Origin: Eledone cirrhosa
Taxonomy: Eukaryota
Direction: 5' to 3'
Assembly (NCBI GenBank): GCA_964016885.1
Contig: OZ024762.1
Span: forward strand, 23,684,001 to 23,748,000
DNA: 64,000 nt
Under the pieces are notes generated by a model. It saw only the letters and a program-made list of their open reading frames with translations, ran no database searches and was not told the origin of the DNA. Positions 1 through 12,679 of the stretch are shown in pieces (position 1 is the stretch's first letter; every line of letters begins with the position of its first letter). A program made the position numbers and the translations under genes.

Positions 1-151
1 TTAACTATTTATAGTGGCAATAAATTATCACATTGCTATAACGGTTAGTCCGGTTTTTGTGAGTAAGATTACTTTCATTAGCAGCATAGTCAATTAATGA
101 CTTACTAATTAGTGCATGTCGCATCATATATATTATATATATATGTATGTA

Positions 152-319
<168 letters not shown>

Positions 320-714
320 AAAATTAAGAAAATTAACAAAGAGAGGACCAGACATCGAATGGAAACAAAACGAAAAACGAAAAGCAATTTTTTAAGGGGA
401 AACCTTAAAATTGAAAGACCAATGGAAACATTGTTTCCTTGGTCCGATAGGACAATCAGCTCCTTTGTTCAGCGAGGAGTTGTGACCAACAGATAGTATC
501 AACAGAAAGACCAGTGGAAACGCTGATTCCTTGGTCCAGTCCGACAATCAACTCCTTTCTTCGGGCAGGATAATGTAGTATTTTTCTTCCTTTTTCTTAC
601 CGTTTGTTCATAGATAGATAGGTAGAGAGAGAGAGGAGGAGGGGAGACAGACAGACTGACAGACAGACAGACAGGCAGGTAGCTAGCTAATGAGTTAGAC
701 ACACGGGTAGATAA

Positions 715-782
<68 letters not shown>

Positions 783-1825
783 ATGAAAACATGTCAATTT
801 ACCCATCTCTCTCTCTCTCTCTAATCTATGTCAACTTGTTCAACCCTCCACCCTGTCCATTCCTGTTAACCTATCTGTTTACATAATACATGTCACAATT
901 TTACACTAACTTCTCCCCTCCTCCTTCTTGTTCTTTTTCTTGTTGCTGTTTTTTTTCTCCTCCTTCTTGTTCTTCTTGTTCTTGTTTTTTTTCTCCTGCA
1001 TTTTTTCTTCTTCTCCTTTTTCTTCTTTTTCTTCTTCTACTCCTTCTTCTTCTTCCTCCTCCTTCTCCTCCTCATCCTTCTTCTTCTTCTTCTTCTTCTT
1101 CTTCTTCTTCTTCTTCTTCTTCTTCTTCTTCTTCTCTGTCTACTTCCCTCTCTTCTCTCCCCCTCACTCTTTCTTCCTCTATTTCAACCCTCTCTCCTTC
1201 CTCTCTCTCTCTCTCTCTCTCTGTCTATCTGTCTCTTACCTATTTTTCTCTCTATCTCCTTTCAGTCTCTTCACACCTCTCTCTCCCCTTCCTCTCTCTT
1301 CGTTCTCTCAATTCCTTTCTCCGATTCCTCTGTCTTTTCCTCTCTCTTTCTCTGTCTCCCTTTCTCTCAATCTTCTATCTCTCCCTCTCTCTGTCTCCCA
1401 CTCTCTGTCTCCCACCCTCTTTCTCTCTCACTCTGACTTTCCCTCTCTCTCTCTCTCCCACTCTCTCTCCTCCCTCTCTCTATTCCCTCTACCTCCTCCC
1501 ACACCAAACAACTATAAAAGGCTCCTGACACGATTAGTTTACATACAATGTCCTTTTGCTGTCGTCAATCTACCTGACTATCACCCAGGGGCTAGGGCTG
1601 GCTTAAGTTTGTAAAGAGAGCAGGAGACCCCAGGCTGAACATTTCATGGGATGGTGGTGGAGGTGGAGATTATGGGCCCTTCCCCGCCTCCAACACGCAT
1701 TTTGTTTAAACTAGCAAAGAAAAAATTATTTCAGGATGAGAAGAGAAAATGAAAGAGTACAAAAACAATGGAGACAGAGAGAGGGGGGGGGTAGAGGGAG
1801 AAAGTGAGGGGGGATAGAGGGAGAG

Positions 1826-2320
1826 GGAGAGAGAAGAGGGATAGATGGAGAAAGAGACGTAGAGAGAGAAAGAGAGAGAGGGAGAGAGAAGAGGGATAGA
1901 GGGAGAAAGAGACGTAGAGAGAGAAAGAGAGAGAGGGAGAGAGAAGAGGGATAGAGGGAGAAAGAGACGTAGAGAGAGAAAGAGAGAGAGGGAGAGAGAA
2001 GAGGGATAGAGGGAGAAAGAGACGTAGAGAGAGAAAGAGAGAGAGGGAGAGAGAAGAGGGATAGAGGGAGAAAGAGACGTAGAGAGAGAAAGAGAGAGAG
2101 GGAGAGAGAAGAGGGATAGAGGGAGAAAGAGACGTAGAGAGAGAAAGAGAGAGAGGGAGAGAGAAGAGGGATAGAGGGAGAAAGAGACGTAGAGAGAGAA
2201 AGAGAGAGAGGGAGAGAGAAGAGGGATAGAGGGAGAAAGAGACGTAGAGAGAGAAAGAGGGAGAGGGAGAGAGAAGAGGGATAGAGGGAGAAAGAGACGT
2301 AGAGAGAGAAAGAGAGGGAG
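1826..2320. repeat. GA-rich minisatellite, ~55-bp unit, ~9 copies
   Basis: GACGT marker recurs at 1856, 1911, 1966, 2021, 2076 and onward, within GAGAGAAGAGGGATAGAGGGAGAAAGAGACGTAGAG units. Confidence 0.92.
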
Positions 2321-2451
2321 AGAGAGAGAAGGAGAGAGAGAGAGGGAGAGAGGGGAAGAAAGAGAGAGAGAAATTGGATTAACAGGTACATACGTAAAAA
2401 TACATCACACACACACACACGCACACAAACAAACACACACACACATATATA

Positions 2452-2564
2452 TAATTGTTTCTATTTTGGGCACAAGGCCAGCAATTATCTCAGTGTATTA
2501 CTGGTACTTTATTTTATCGACCTAGTAAGGATGAAAGGCAAAGTTAACCCCGGCAGGATTTGAA
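2452..2564 (-). mobile_element. 5'-truncated SINE family 1 (Deu/Nin-like domain)
   Basis: Reverse complement of TTTGCCTTTCATCCTTAC..GTCGATAAAATAAAGTACCAG..GGCCTTGTGCC..TAGAAACAATTA, which is also present in the full copies at 46020, 49374 and 49796. Confidence 0.88.
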
Positions 2565-2678
2565 TAAACTTTCAACAGTTGTTTCAACAAATGCCTCCAT
2601 TATACTGAAATACAAAATCAGCTGCCACATATATATGTGTGTGTGTGTGTGTATACATACATACATATACACTTAGCC

Positions 2679-2729
<51 letters not shown>

Positions 2730-2783
2730 ATTTAAAACTGCACTATCCACAAGTGTTTTTTAGCCTTCATATCATGTTCTCCT

Positions 2784-2852
2784 GTTTTATCTGATGAAAA
2801 CACAAATATTATTGCTTGATGATGTTTGTTTTTGAAATGCGCATAATAAAAT
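2784..2852 (+). ncRNA. Type I hammerhead ribozyme motif (family C relative)
   Basis: GTTTTAT-CTGATGA(2791)-long stem II (ACAAATATTA/TGATGTTTGT with G-U pairs)-GAAA(2834)-TGCGCA-TA-ATAAAAT. Stem I is complementary and stem III is palindromic. Confidence 0.85.
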
Positions 2853-2883
2853 ATATGGAACTCCTTTAACCATCTTTTGATCT

Positions 2884-3182
<299 letters not shown>

Positions 3183-3244
3183 TATATATATATATATATT
3201 AAAATACAAATGTTAATAAAATAGATGTTCTTGTGATCAATTAA

Positions 3245-3297
3245 ATTTTATTACACATATTTCAGAGGTACAAGAGTACGTCCTCATCAGATAAAAT
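3245..3297 (-). ncRNA. Type I hammerhead ribozyme motif
   Basis: Minus strand: ATTTTAT-CTGATGA-GGACGTAC TCTT GTACCTCT-GAAA-TATGTG-TA-ATAAAAT. Stem I is a perfect 7 bp. Confidence 0.82.
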
Positions 3298-3370
3298 AAA
3301 ATGATACATGACATACCCTGAGATGTTAAATGGTTAAGATTTTATGTACTCATTGAATCTTGTTTAACTC

Positions 3371-3435
<65 letters not shown>

Positions 3436-3615
3436 CCGTTATATATATATATATCCGTTACAAGATGAGGTTACAACCTTCCTATTGTCGATACGCACAG
3501 GGTCATGTAACCAACGCTTATTTTGAGACGTTTGTTTTCCGCACCTGTTTGTCTGGGTCGTTATTTATATATATTTATATATTTATATATATATATATAA
3601 ATATATATATTTATA

Positions 3616-3679
<64 letters not shown>

Positions 3680-3680
<1 letters not shown>

Positions 3681-3877
3681 GTAGGTCCCGGGTTGAGTCG
3701 GGGATAACCACAGTAAGTAAGGTACTCAATACATGGCAAAGTAAATTTTTTTATTTTATAGAAGGAGCTTCTACAGGACGAGTACTGTTTCATTCAGATG
3801 AAATCTTCAGGAAGCACGTGCTTCCTGAAGATTTCATCTGAATGAAACAGTACTAGTCCTGTAGAAGCTCCTTCTAT

Positions 3878-3882
<5 letters not shown>
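3680..3882. mobile_element. Family B element: palindrome with two divergent hammerheads (3767-3815 minus; 3820-3868 plus)
   Basis: Near-perfect palindrome centred on GCACGTGC (3814-3821). Plus-strand HHR: GCTTC-CTGAAGA-T TTCA TC TGAA T-GAAA-CAG..CTG-TA-GAAGC. Flanked by (TA)n. Confidence 0.85.
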
Positions 3883-3950
<68 letters not shown>

Positions 3951-3951
3951 T

Positions 3952-4024
<73 letters not shown>

Positions 4025-4030
4025 ATATTT

Positions 4031-4168
4031 AATTCCAGAATTAGCCGTCGAAACGGCTTGAGCTCAGCCGTCGGGGTCCTACTCGTTCCTATTACCCACT
4101 CTACTACCCTAAGTAGTGAGTACTTTGGTGCGTTATGGTCCACCTGGTTCCTTACCACATTTCCTTCG

Positions 4169-4263
<95 letters not shown>

Positions 4264-4400
4264 AACCAGTAAGACCCCGACAGCTGAGCTCAAGCCGTTT
4301 CGACGGCTAATTCTGGAATTACCCACTCTACTACTCTAAGTATTGAGTACTTTGGTGCGTTATGGTCCATCTGGTTCCTTACCACATTTCCTTCGTTATT
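4031..4400. mobile_element. Two 5'-truncated family A copies, the second with an inverted 5' part
   Basis: 4031-4170 is collinear on the plus strand. In the second copy, 4261-4318 is inverted and joined to the plus-strand tail 4319-4400. The copies are separated by (TA)n. Confidence 0.8.
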
Positions 4401-4441
4401 TATATATATATATATATATTTATATATTATATATATATATT

Positions 4442-4472
<31 letters not shown>

Positions 4473-4499
4473 ATATATATTTATATATACATATATATT

Positions 4500-4532
<33 letters not shown>

Positions 4533-4566
4533 ATATATATATGTGTGTATATATATATATATATAT

Positions 4567-4818
4567 ACGATATTAAACAAATGGAAACTATATTTATAAA
4601 ACCATATTTATGTCATTATACATATTTCAGGGATACCATATTAAAAATATGGCATGCCTTCTTCAGATAAAATACAATATATAAGCAGTTTTATAAATAA
4701 ATTTGACGTACTATAAAATATTGATCAACTTCCATTTAAAAAAGTTGGTTGAGTGCTTTATATGAGTTATAAAATATTTACTCGTTGTAACCCAACAATT
4801 TTAAATAAAACTTTTGCA
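4567..4818. mobile_element. Family C element with degenerate minus-strand HHR (4610-4673) and plus-strand 3' tail
   Basis: Minus strand: ATTTTAT-CTGAAGA-AGGCATGCCATATTTTTAATATGGTATCCCT-GAAA-TATGTA-TA. Homologous to 37555-38027 and 45701-46308. Confidence 0.75.
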
Positions 4819-4834
4819 TATATATATATATATT

Positions 4835-4868
<34 letters not shown>

Positions 4869-4916
4869 TATATATATATATTTATATATATAGATATATA
4901 TTTATATATACATAGT

Positions 4917-5014
<98 letters not shown>

Positions 5015-5702
5015 TATATACACATACATATATATAGTGGTATATACGCCTGCTACCTTTCACAGGTAAAAAGGATAGGAAATCAAAAGTATTTCATCTC
5101 GCTGGCCTACTTTCACCACTGTTGTGGCTTCCTTCTACGTCACTTCCTACCACTACCACTACTACTTCCGTAGCCCCCCCCCCTCTCTCTCTCTCTCTCT
5201 GCCTCTTTCAATCCCTCACTCAGTTCTACCTAATAAGGTCACATATACTTTGTCACCTTACATACAACTGTGTCATTCATACCGCCACCAGTACCGCCAC
5301 CACCATCACCACCATTCATTAAAACCACACCGTCATCGCCACCGCTGCCATCTCCACCGCCACCACCACCACCACCATTCATTAAAACCACCACTACCAT
5401 TACCACCATCACCGGTACCACTCACCACCATCAACAGTACTACCACCACCACTACCATCACCACCACCACCATCACAATTACCGCCACCAACCACCACCA
5501 TCACCCCCACCACCAAGACACTTTATTTCACACACACACACAACACAACACACACGCATATACACACATACACACGTACACACGTATAATAGAAGTATGT
5601 AGCACGTGAGAAATACCTTAATCCGTTCCTTGTAGACCAATCTGGCAACCATGCTAAAAATAGCAAGCTAATCCCTCTTAAATCACACACCACCCTCCAC
5701 TA

Positions 5703-5901
5703 CAGACCTGCCAACCTTTAAAAACCTAAACGGGAAGGACCATGACGAAAAGTGCCGCCAAAAGAGGGAGAAATGAGGCAAAATGGGGGAAGATTTTACA
5801 AAATGAAAGTTATACCCAATTTCACAAGAGAAGACATCTCTCACCCACCACAAAGGCTATTGCAAAATCTCCCCGTCGGAAGGGGAGACTTGACAGGTCT
5901 G
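5703..5901. mobile_element. MITE with 12-bp terminal inverted repeats
   Basis: CAGACCTGCCAA ... TTGACAGGTCTG (11/12 match). CTA on both sides may be a 3-bp TSD. Confidence 0.65.
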
Positions 5902-5934
5902 CTAATAGGCCAACAATTTGGGGGAGAGAACATT

Positions 5935-6308
5935 GATTAAATCGACCCCAGTGCGTTACTGGTACTTTATTTTATCGACCGCGTAAGGATGAAAGGCAAC
6001 GCTAACCCCGGCGGGATTTGAACAAAGAATGTAAAGGGCCGTAGCTCTATGCTACGAACCATGTTACAGGACGTTCTGCCGATTACTGCCATCCAGCGCT
6101 CTTCAATAAACCATAATAATTGTTTCTACTTTTGGTACACACAAAGCCAGCAATTATCTCAGTGTATTACTGGTACTTTATTGTATCGACCTCGTAAGGA
6201 TGAAAGGCAAAGTTAACCGCGGCGGGATTTGAACTCTGACCATAAAGGGACGAAACTCTATGCCACCAACCGTATTATACGACGCTCTACTGACTACTAC
6301 CACCGCCT
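5935..6308 (-). mobile_element. Two adjacent SINE family 1 copies
   Basis: Two TACTGGTACTTTATT.TATCGACC..GTAAGGATGAAAGGCAA cores, each followed by the reverse complement of a tRNA-like head. Confidence 0.85.
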
Positions 6309-6461
6309 TTCAATACGCCATATGTGTTTGACAGATATATGACGGAGATATAAATAAACCTAAATCAATTATATGTGGCCTCCCATCTATTTAATACTAT
6401 ATTATGTTTAGGTTTGTACCATTTACACATATTATGTTTAGGTTTGTACCATTTACATAAG

Positions 6462-6834
6462 TTATTCCGGGTTGAATCGGAGGTAACCACGGTAAGTAAG
6501 GTACTCAATACATAGCAGAATATAAAAGTTTTAATATAGAAGAGCTTCTACAGGACTAGAACTGTTTCATTCGTGAGAAATCATCAAGAAGCTGGCTGTC
6601 CAAGTAAATGGTAGTATTTATGTCTTTCCTTATCTGGTGGTAGGAGAGGGTGGGGATTAGGATGGGTGTAGGTCATTGGTTGAAGGATTTAAAGAAAGGG
6701 GATTCATTAAAAGCTAATTCTTTAAAGCTATAATATTAACAAAGCTTTAAAGACTTAGCTTTTAATGAATCCCCTTTCTTTAAATCCTTCAACCAATGAC
6801 CTACACCCATCCGAATCCCCATCCTCTCCTACCA
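6462..6834 (-). mobile_element. Family B element with HHR (6543-6593) and an upstream ~90-bp-arm inverted repeat (6638-6834)
   Basis: Minus strand: AGCTTC-TTGATGA-T TTC TCAC GAA T-GAAA-CAG..CTG-TA-GAAGCT. The tail matches 3680-3760 and 41855-41940. Confidence 0.8.
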
Positions 6835-6915
6835 TAAATAAATAAATAAATATATAAATATATAAGTATATGGAAGGAATATTTTAGGATAATGCTTGAA
6901 ATAGCAGGAAGAGGG

Positions 6916-6951
6916 TCTTAACGTTTCGGATGCTAGTTCTTCGTCAGAAGA
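6916..6951 (-). ncRNA. Minimal hammerhead motif (family D)
   Basis: Minus strand: TCTT-CTGACGA-AGAACTAGCATCC-GAAA-CG-TT-AAGA. A second copy at 47925-47960 has an intact GGAC/GTCC stem II. Confidence 0.65.
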
Positions 6952-7415
6952 AAGAATGAGAAATTAGAAAGATTGAATGGGGTGGAATTGGAAAAAAATG
7001 TCTTTAGATAAAAATAACAGGTCCATTCATGTTGACATCTCTTGGAAAACTGTTGATGCTGGCGTTTTGTGTATGATTTATTTTTTAGAAACGTGGAATA
7101 AAATAGGAGGTTAACGGGACAAGCATATTGATACAGAGAGGGATATTGGAAAAGAGTTTCGTGTAGTAGATATAAATTTCTATTTATTTGCCACCAGGCC
7201 ATCAAAGATTGGGACAAATACAAAAGGGGGAGTTTACATACATTTAAAAAGACGTGTAAAAAACATATAACAAATTAAATTTAACAATCGATGTCCTCAA
7301 TAGGGAGGGGCGTTGACATGGGTCGCACACACCCCCGAAAAAATGTGCAACCCTCCTCTTCAGGAGCACAAAGAGCGGGTGCTTCTTTCCTCTTCTCATT
7401 CTTCTCCTCTCTCAC

Positions 7416-10400
7416 CTACAGGCTGATATAGAGAGAAGGCCCATTCACTCGGGCCATTCTCGCTACTTTCACCCACCTTTCATAAAACTGGCTGGGGTAG
7501 AGCACCTCTCTCTCCATTCTGATCCTTCTTCTAAAGTGGTACTTGAAAAAAAAGACCAGTTGTTGGCCGGAGAGAAAGGTGTCTGACCTCAACCCTTTCA
7601 ACCTTGTCCACCGTACAACTTCTTTCGCCATAGCTTTCACACAAAGGAAAACCGCCTCTCCTTCGTTTTTGAAAGGGGGAGGCGGTTTGATCGTGACAAT
7701 GTTCTCGGTGGTCAACCGGATTGGTCCCACCCGCGACAGTAGTCGTTCCACATAGCCCCACAGGTCAGCAACGCCCGGGCAGTGTACGAATGCGTGTGCG
7801 ACGGTTTCCTCGTCACGCACGCATCTTGGAAAGATCTTCTTCGAGGGGTCCCTACTCGGGAGCCCGTGTCTGTAGAGCTTGTCCCGAACGGGTAGAGCTC
7901 CTCGGTAACATTGCCAAGCCAGGGACTTTTGGAAGTTGTCCATCGGTCCCGGGCCAAACGTCCTACCGAACAGACTGGCCAGCTCATCTTCCTCCATGCC
8001 CAGAGCCTCTCCGAGAGCGTCGTCGTACTTGCTGCGCACCAACCCTCTATAGAATATTGAGGTTGAGTCTCCACTGATTGCCGGATCCGCTTGCCAGAGG
8101 GCCGTGAGCGCCTGGGCACATTCAATGTGCCAGTCGCCCAATTTTCTCGGTCTTTGCTTGACCCAGGATTACAGCTCGGTGAGTGAGACGAGTCTCGGAA
8201 AGGCTCGCCTCACAAACAGGGCCCACACCGGCTGACCGGTGAGGAATACCTGGAGGTGCCGTAGCCTTAATGCGTGTCTACGCATCGTCAGCCACGGCAA
8301 CCCCAGCCCTCCGTTCGAAGGGTGTTGACAGCAGATGGATCTTCTCACCAACGGAGCCCGCTTCTTCCAAAGAAATCGGAAGAGCGCGCGCTCCATTTTG
8401 GCGAGTGTTTTCTCTGGGCAAGGCACGACGGTCAAGCGGTAGTAGATGACGGACGCTATATAAGCGTTCGCCACCTCCGCTCGACCTTTCAGGGATAGTT
8501 TGCACTCGGCCCACTTCTGGGCGAGTGCAAACACCTTGCCCGTTACCTCGTCCCAGTTTTTCTCCACCTAGAGGTCCGGTCCGAACCAGACCCCGAGCAG
8601 CTTCACCGGTCCCTCCGTCCAGCGCCCGGCGATGCCGTCGGAGGGCATCGTTTTTCCCCTCCACGTCCCGAGTTGCAAACCGACGGACTTGTCCCGGTTC
8701 AGCTTGGCTCCTGTGAACCTTTCATATTCCTCCAGTAAGGTGCCGATCTGCCCGATTTCCGAGGCGCACGACACCATTACTGTCACGTCATCGGCTTCCG
8801 TAGTAGTGGCTCGAGAGCCAGCACATACAGGAGGGAGAAGATAGGGCATCCCTGTCGGAGGGATCGCGTGATTTGGAACGGCTCCGAGAGGTAGCCGTTC
8901 ACCTTGACCCTCGAGCCGGTGTTGCTACTGTGCATTGCAGCAATCCAGCCCCTGAAAACGGGTCCGAAGCCTGCCGCCGCGAGCACCGCATCCAGGTACC
9001 GATGGTCAACCCTATTGAATGCCTTAGATTGATCCAAGTTGATCAGGGCCCCACCAAAGCCGGGTTCGTTCCCTACCCTCTCTACGATGTATCGCATGAG
9101 GTGGAGGTTGTCGTGTATGGACCTGGACGGGATTGCGCATGTCTGCGCTTCTCCCACCAGGTTCTCGACGACAAGCGCCAACCTCTTCGCTAACACCTTG
9201 GCGAAAATCTTTAACTCTGTGTTTAGCAGAGTTATGGTCCTGAAGTTATCTATGTCATCCCCCTTGTTCTCGTCCTTCCTCACCAGCGTGACTACGCCCT
9301 TGGTCACAGAACTCGGAATTCTCCCGTTCTGTTGCCAGTTGCAGTAGACCGCCTCGAGGAGACCGGAGAACAAGCCCGGCATCGCTACATAAAGTTCGTA
9401 TGGTAGACCATCGAGACCCGGAGATTTGCGTTTGCCGCATTGGCTCAGCGCTTCCCCTATTTCAGCGGCTGAAATCGGCCTCTCACAGGACTTCGCCTCC
9501 CCGTCCGAGAGCCGCGCCAGACCGTCGAGGTATGGACCGAAATCCATGGCCCCACCTGGCCCGCCGCCCCTCCCGAACAGTCGTGCAAAGCGCCGTTGAA
9601 AGGCCGCGCTCATCCGCTCAGGTTCAAGGATCACGCGTCCATCCTGGTCCTTCAAAGACCGAATCGTGGACTTGTTTCCACTTTTTGCCTCTGTCACTCG
9701 GGCCCAGTTAACAGCTTTGGCTCCCTCGTTACCCAGAGCACTATTTTACTACTGACAACGCAGCCCTCGTGCTTCGCATCAAAGAACTGGTCTAGGGCCG
9801 TTCTTGACGCCAGCACGCCAGCCACGTTGCCACTCCTAATCGCCTCTTCTACTCTATTTATTAATTCCCTTTCAGTTCTATTCCTATATGATGCTAATTC
9901 CCGACTAATACCTATAGATTCTATTCTAATTTCTCTCTTGAGAGACCCCCACCACCTGCTGTTGACAATTGCCCCCGTCAAACGCTGCTTAACTAGTGTG
10001 CTAATCCGCTTACTGTAAGCTTTGTTTGTCGGTAAAGACAAGTTTAGCTTCCAGTAACCGGGTCCCTGTCTATGAGTTCTATCAAGGTTGACCACTCCGG
10101 TCACGAACTTGTGATCCGAATAGTCAACCATGAACATTCGTGGATAGCTTAATATGTCCCTATCCTTATTTCTAACTAGGAACCTATCTAGGTACGACCT
10201 AGATGTTCCGCTGAGATTACTCCACGTCCACAGTGGCGCAGTCGGAAAATCTAGTCGATATCTATCGGCCAGATCAAATCGGCCAATTAATCGTTTGAGG
10301 CTGTTACACCCCCCTCTATCGGGAGATGCCCCTACATAGTCCCAACGTGCATCCAGGATACCATTCCAGTCCCCCACTAAAAGCAAGGATCAAGACGTTC

Positions 10401-10791
10401 CCAGGAAATTCTCCAGGCGTCGGAAGAAGTCCGGTCGCGGTGTCCCAGATGGGGCATACGCTGCCACCAGCCTGAAGGCTCCACCTTCCCCACTGCCGAC
10501 GTCTAAAACCACCAGTCGACCCTCCGGGTCCAGGTGTACCTTCTGTGTGGCAAGACCCAGGTATTTTCGCAGAAGAACGACAACCCCACCCCCACCCCTC
10601 GGCTGACAGAGAGATGCGTAGATCTCAAAGTCGTCGAAGATGGGGGCCAGTTGGCGCTCGCTGCTGATCCTGGACTCGCAAATAACCATTACATCCACTC
10701 TGTGCGACCTGAGGTCATTTAAGAGTTTGCCCTGTTTCCAGGACATCCACAGGCCGCGTGCATTCACACATCCAACTCTTATATTGGCCAT
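7416..10791 (-). pseudogene. LINE ORF2 (APE endonuclease + reverse transcriptase), disrupted
   Basis: Motifs CVNARGL, VICES, GDWNG, YLDRFLV, SDHK, KSPGLDGLPYE, RTITLLNTELKIFAK, LDQSKAFNRVDH, LRQGCP, ADDVTV, KLSLKGRA and CVRDEETVAHAFVHC, split by stops and frameshifts. Confidence 0.93.
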
Positions 10792-10833
10792 GTTGGTGCT
10801 GAAGAGTTAAAAAGGAAGAGGAAAGGAAATTAC

Positions 10834-12679
10834 TTACCTCTTCGTCTCCTGGGGACCAGGCTGCACAATTTCCATGGGGGTGTTGGAAGGGTTGTTTGGT
10901 GGGGTGGTGGTTTGTGGTGGGGTGAGGACATCAGTGTGTGGTGGGATTAGGGTGTTTGGTGGGGTGTGTGTGTCTGGTGTGGGAGTGGGGAATCATCTCA
11001 ATAGGACGTGGTTAAGTGGTTTGGTGCAGTTGGTCCCCATATGCATTGGATGGTTCTTTTTCAAAGTTACATAGGTTTCCGTTGGGACCCTAATCATCAT
11101 TAGGTGCGGTTTGTTCGCTGCGTAGGTGAAAGTGATCCCTTCGGTTTCCACCGAAGGGTTATTTTCTATTGCTTTCATCAAAGTTTTATTGTTCTTGTTA
11201 ATGTATGTATAGAGTTTTTGTTGTGTTGTGTTTGTTTTTGTTTGTTGTTCTTGTGCGTGTTTGCGTTTTGTAGTATGTGTTATGTTTTGGGGAGGGGTGG
11301 GTTTTTTGTTTGTGATGTTTGTTCTGTTTGTGCTGGTGTTTGTGTGTTTGTAGCATTTTTGTTAATGTGGTGCCTTATTTTTTCCCTTTTCACCTGTTGA
11401 AAGGGTTCTCCCTCGTCGTTACTGGGTGACGTTGATACGGAGTCCTCTTCCGTGTTGTTGGGGAGGGGTATATTTTGGGGTTTTGTTGTGGTTGCTTTTG
11501 TATTTGTTTTAGGTGGGGAGGGGTTGGGTGGAACAGTGTTTTGTGTTGTTATTTTTCCGTGTTGTTGTGGTTGTTGTTGTTTTTGTTGTTGTTGTTGTGG
11601 TGGTGGTGGTGGTGGTGGTGGTGGTTGTGTTGTTGTGTTCGGGGTTGGCAGAAGAGCCTTTTTGTTTTTACTCGTTAATTGAGGACAGGCAGCCCTCAGG
11701 TGACCCCTGCTTAAGCAGTGGTAACATGACGGCCGCCTACCCTCCACTGAAATGTTTATATAGGTTAACCCGTCCAGAGCCACGCGTTGTGGGATATTCG
11801 CTATTCGTTTTGGGCTCATTTGCACCAGAACTTCTACGCTAGTCCCACCAAATACACCTCCGGAGGACTTTCCTACTGAGGTTATCCTGTCTTCGTCAAA
11901 ATCAATGAATCCACATAGTATCCACCAAATATTTACATTTGGTGTGATACTCATAATTTTTATTTTTTGTGTCCTTTTTTCCCTGTATGTGGGGAAAAAG
12001 GTGAAACGGGAGGGGGGGGGGGGGGGGGGACAATGGGTGATACAGAGTATTTTTGTGCTGTTGGCTGGTTATTCATTAGCACCGAAATGCTACCAAACAG
12101 TTTTCCTTTTTGGATGAAGGTTATGTCCTTCATTGCATCTTTTAGAACCAGCTCAATTTCATTTTGTGATAATTGAGCTGGTTTTCTGGTTTCGTTAGAT
12201 ATTGTCCTGAAAACCACAGTTTTCAGGACGGCCTCTCTACGTAATACCTGTGGAGAATTGATGCTAAAAGCACCGTTTTCGCCAAAAGTCACGTATTGTT
12301 TTGCGTCTTGTAGTAGTTGTTTTGCCTTAGTTATGTCAATTGGCGTGTATAGTTCGTTTTTTCTTACAGTTTGTGCGAATGTTGTTTTGGTGGTGTTGTC
12401 TTTTTTGTTGCTGTTGTTGTTGTCACTGTTGTTGATATTGTTCATGTTTTCCTTGGTGCTGTTATTGTTGCAGTTGTTGATTGTGGTGTTATTGTCATTG
12501 TTCTTGTTGTTGGTGCTGGTATTATTTACCGGGTTTGGTTCCGTGGTTTCAATATTTTCAACGTTTTTCGATAAGGCGAGGGAGGAAGGCTGCAAGCTTT
12601 GTACTCCTATCTTCTCTCCACCACTTTTCTTAGTGGACGTGGCACTCACTACAGTGTGCGAGGTTGAAATGGCATCCAT
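10834..12679 (-). pseudogene. LINE ORF1 (gag-like zinc-knuckle protein), frameshifted
   Basis: CYHCLSRGHLRAAC (CX2CX4HX4C) with a Pro/Gln/Thr-rich C-terminus. A likely frameshift lies in the poly-G run near 12010-12029. The last segment ends at ..ETKR-TAA. Confidence 0.8.

Noticed and set aside
3457-3511. HHR-like GTTACA-AGATGA..GATA..GTC-ATGTAAC
   Set aside because: Both core boxes deviate from consensus and there is no second copy in the window.
7355-7368. CTGAAGA on the minus strand in the LINE 3' UTR as an HHR core
   Set aside because: No GAAA/UH or closing stem I follows.
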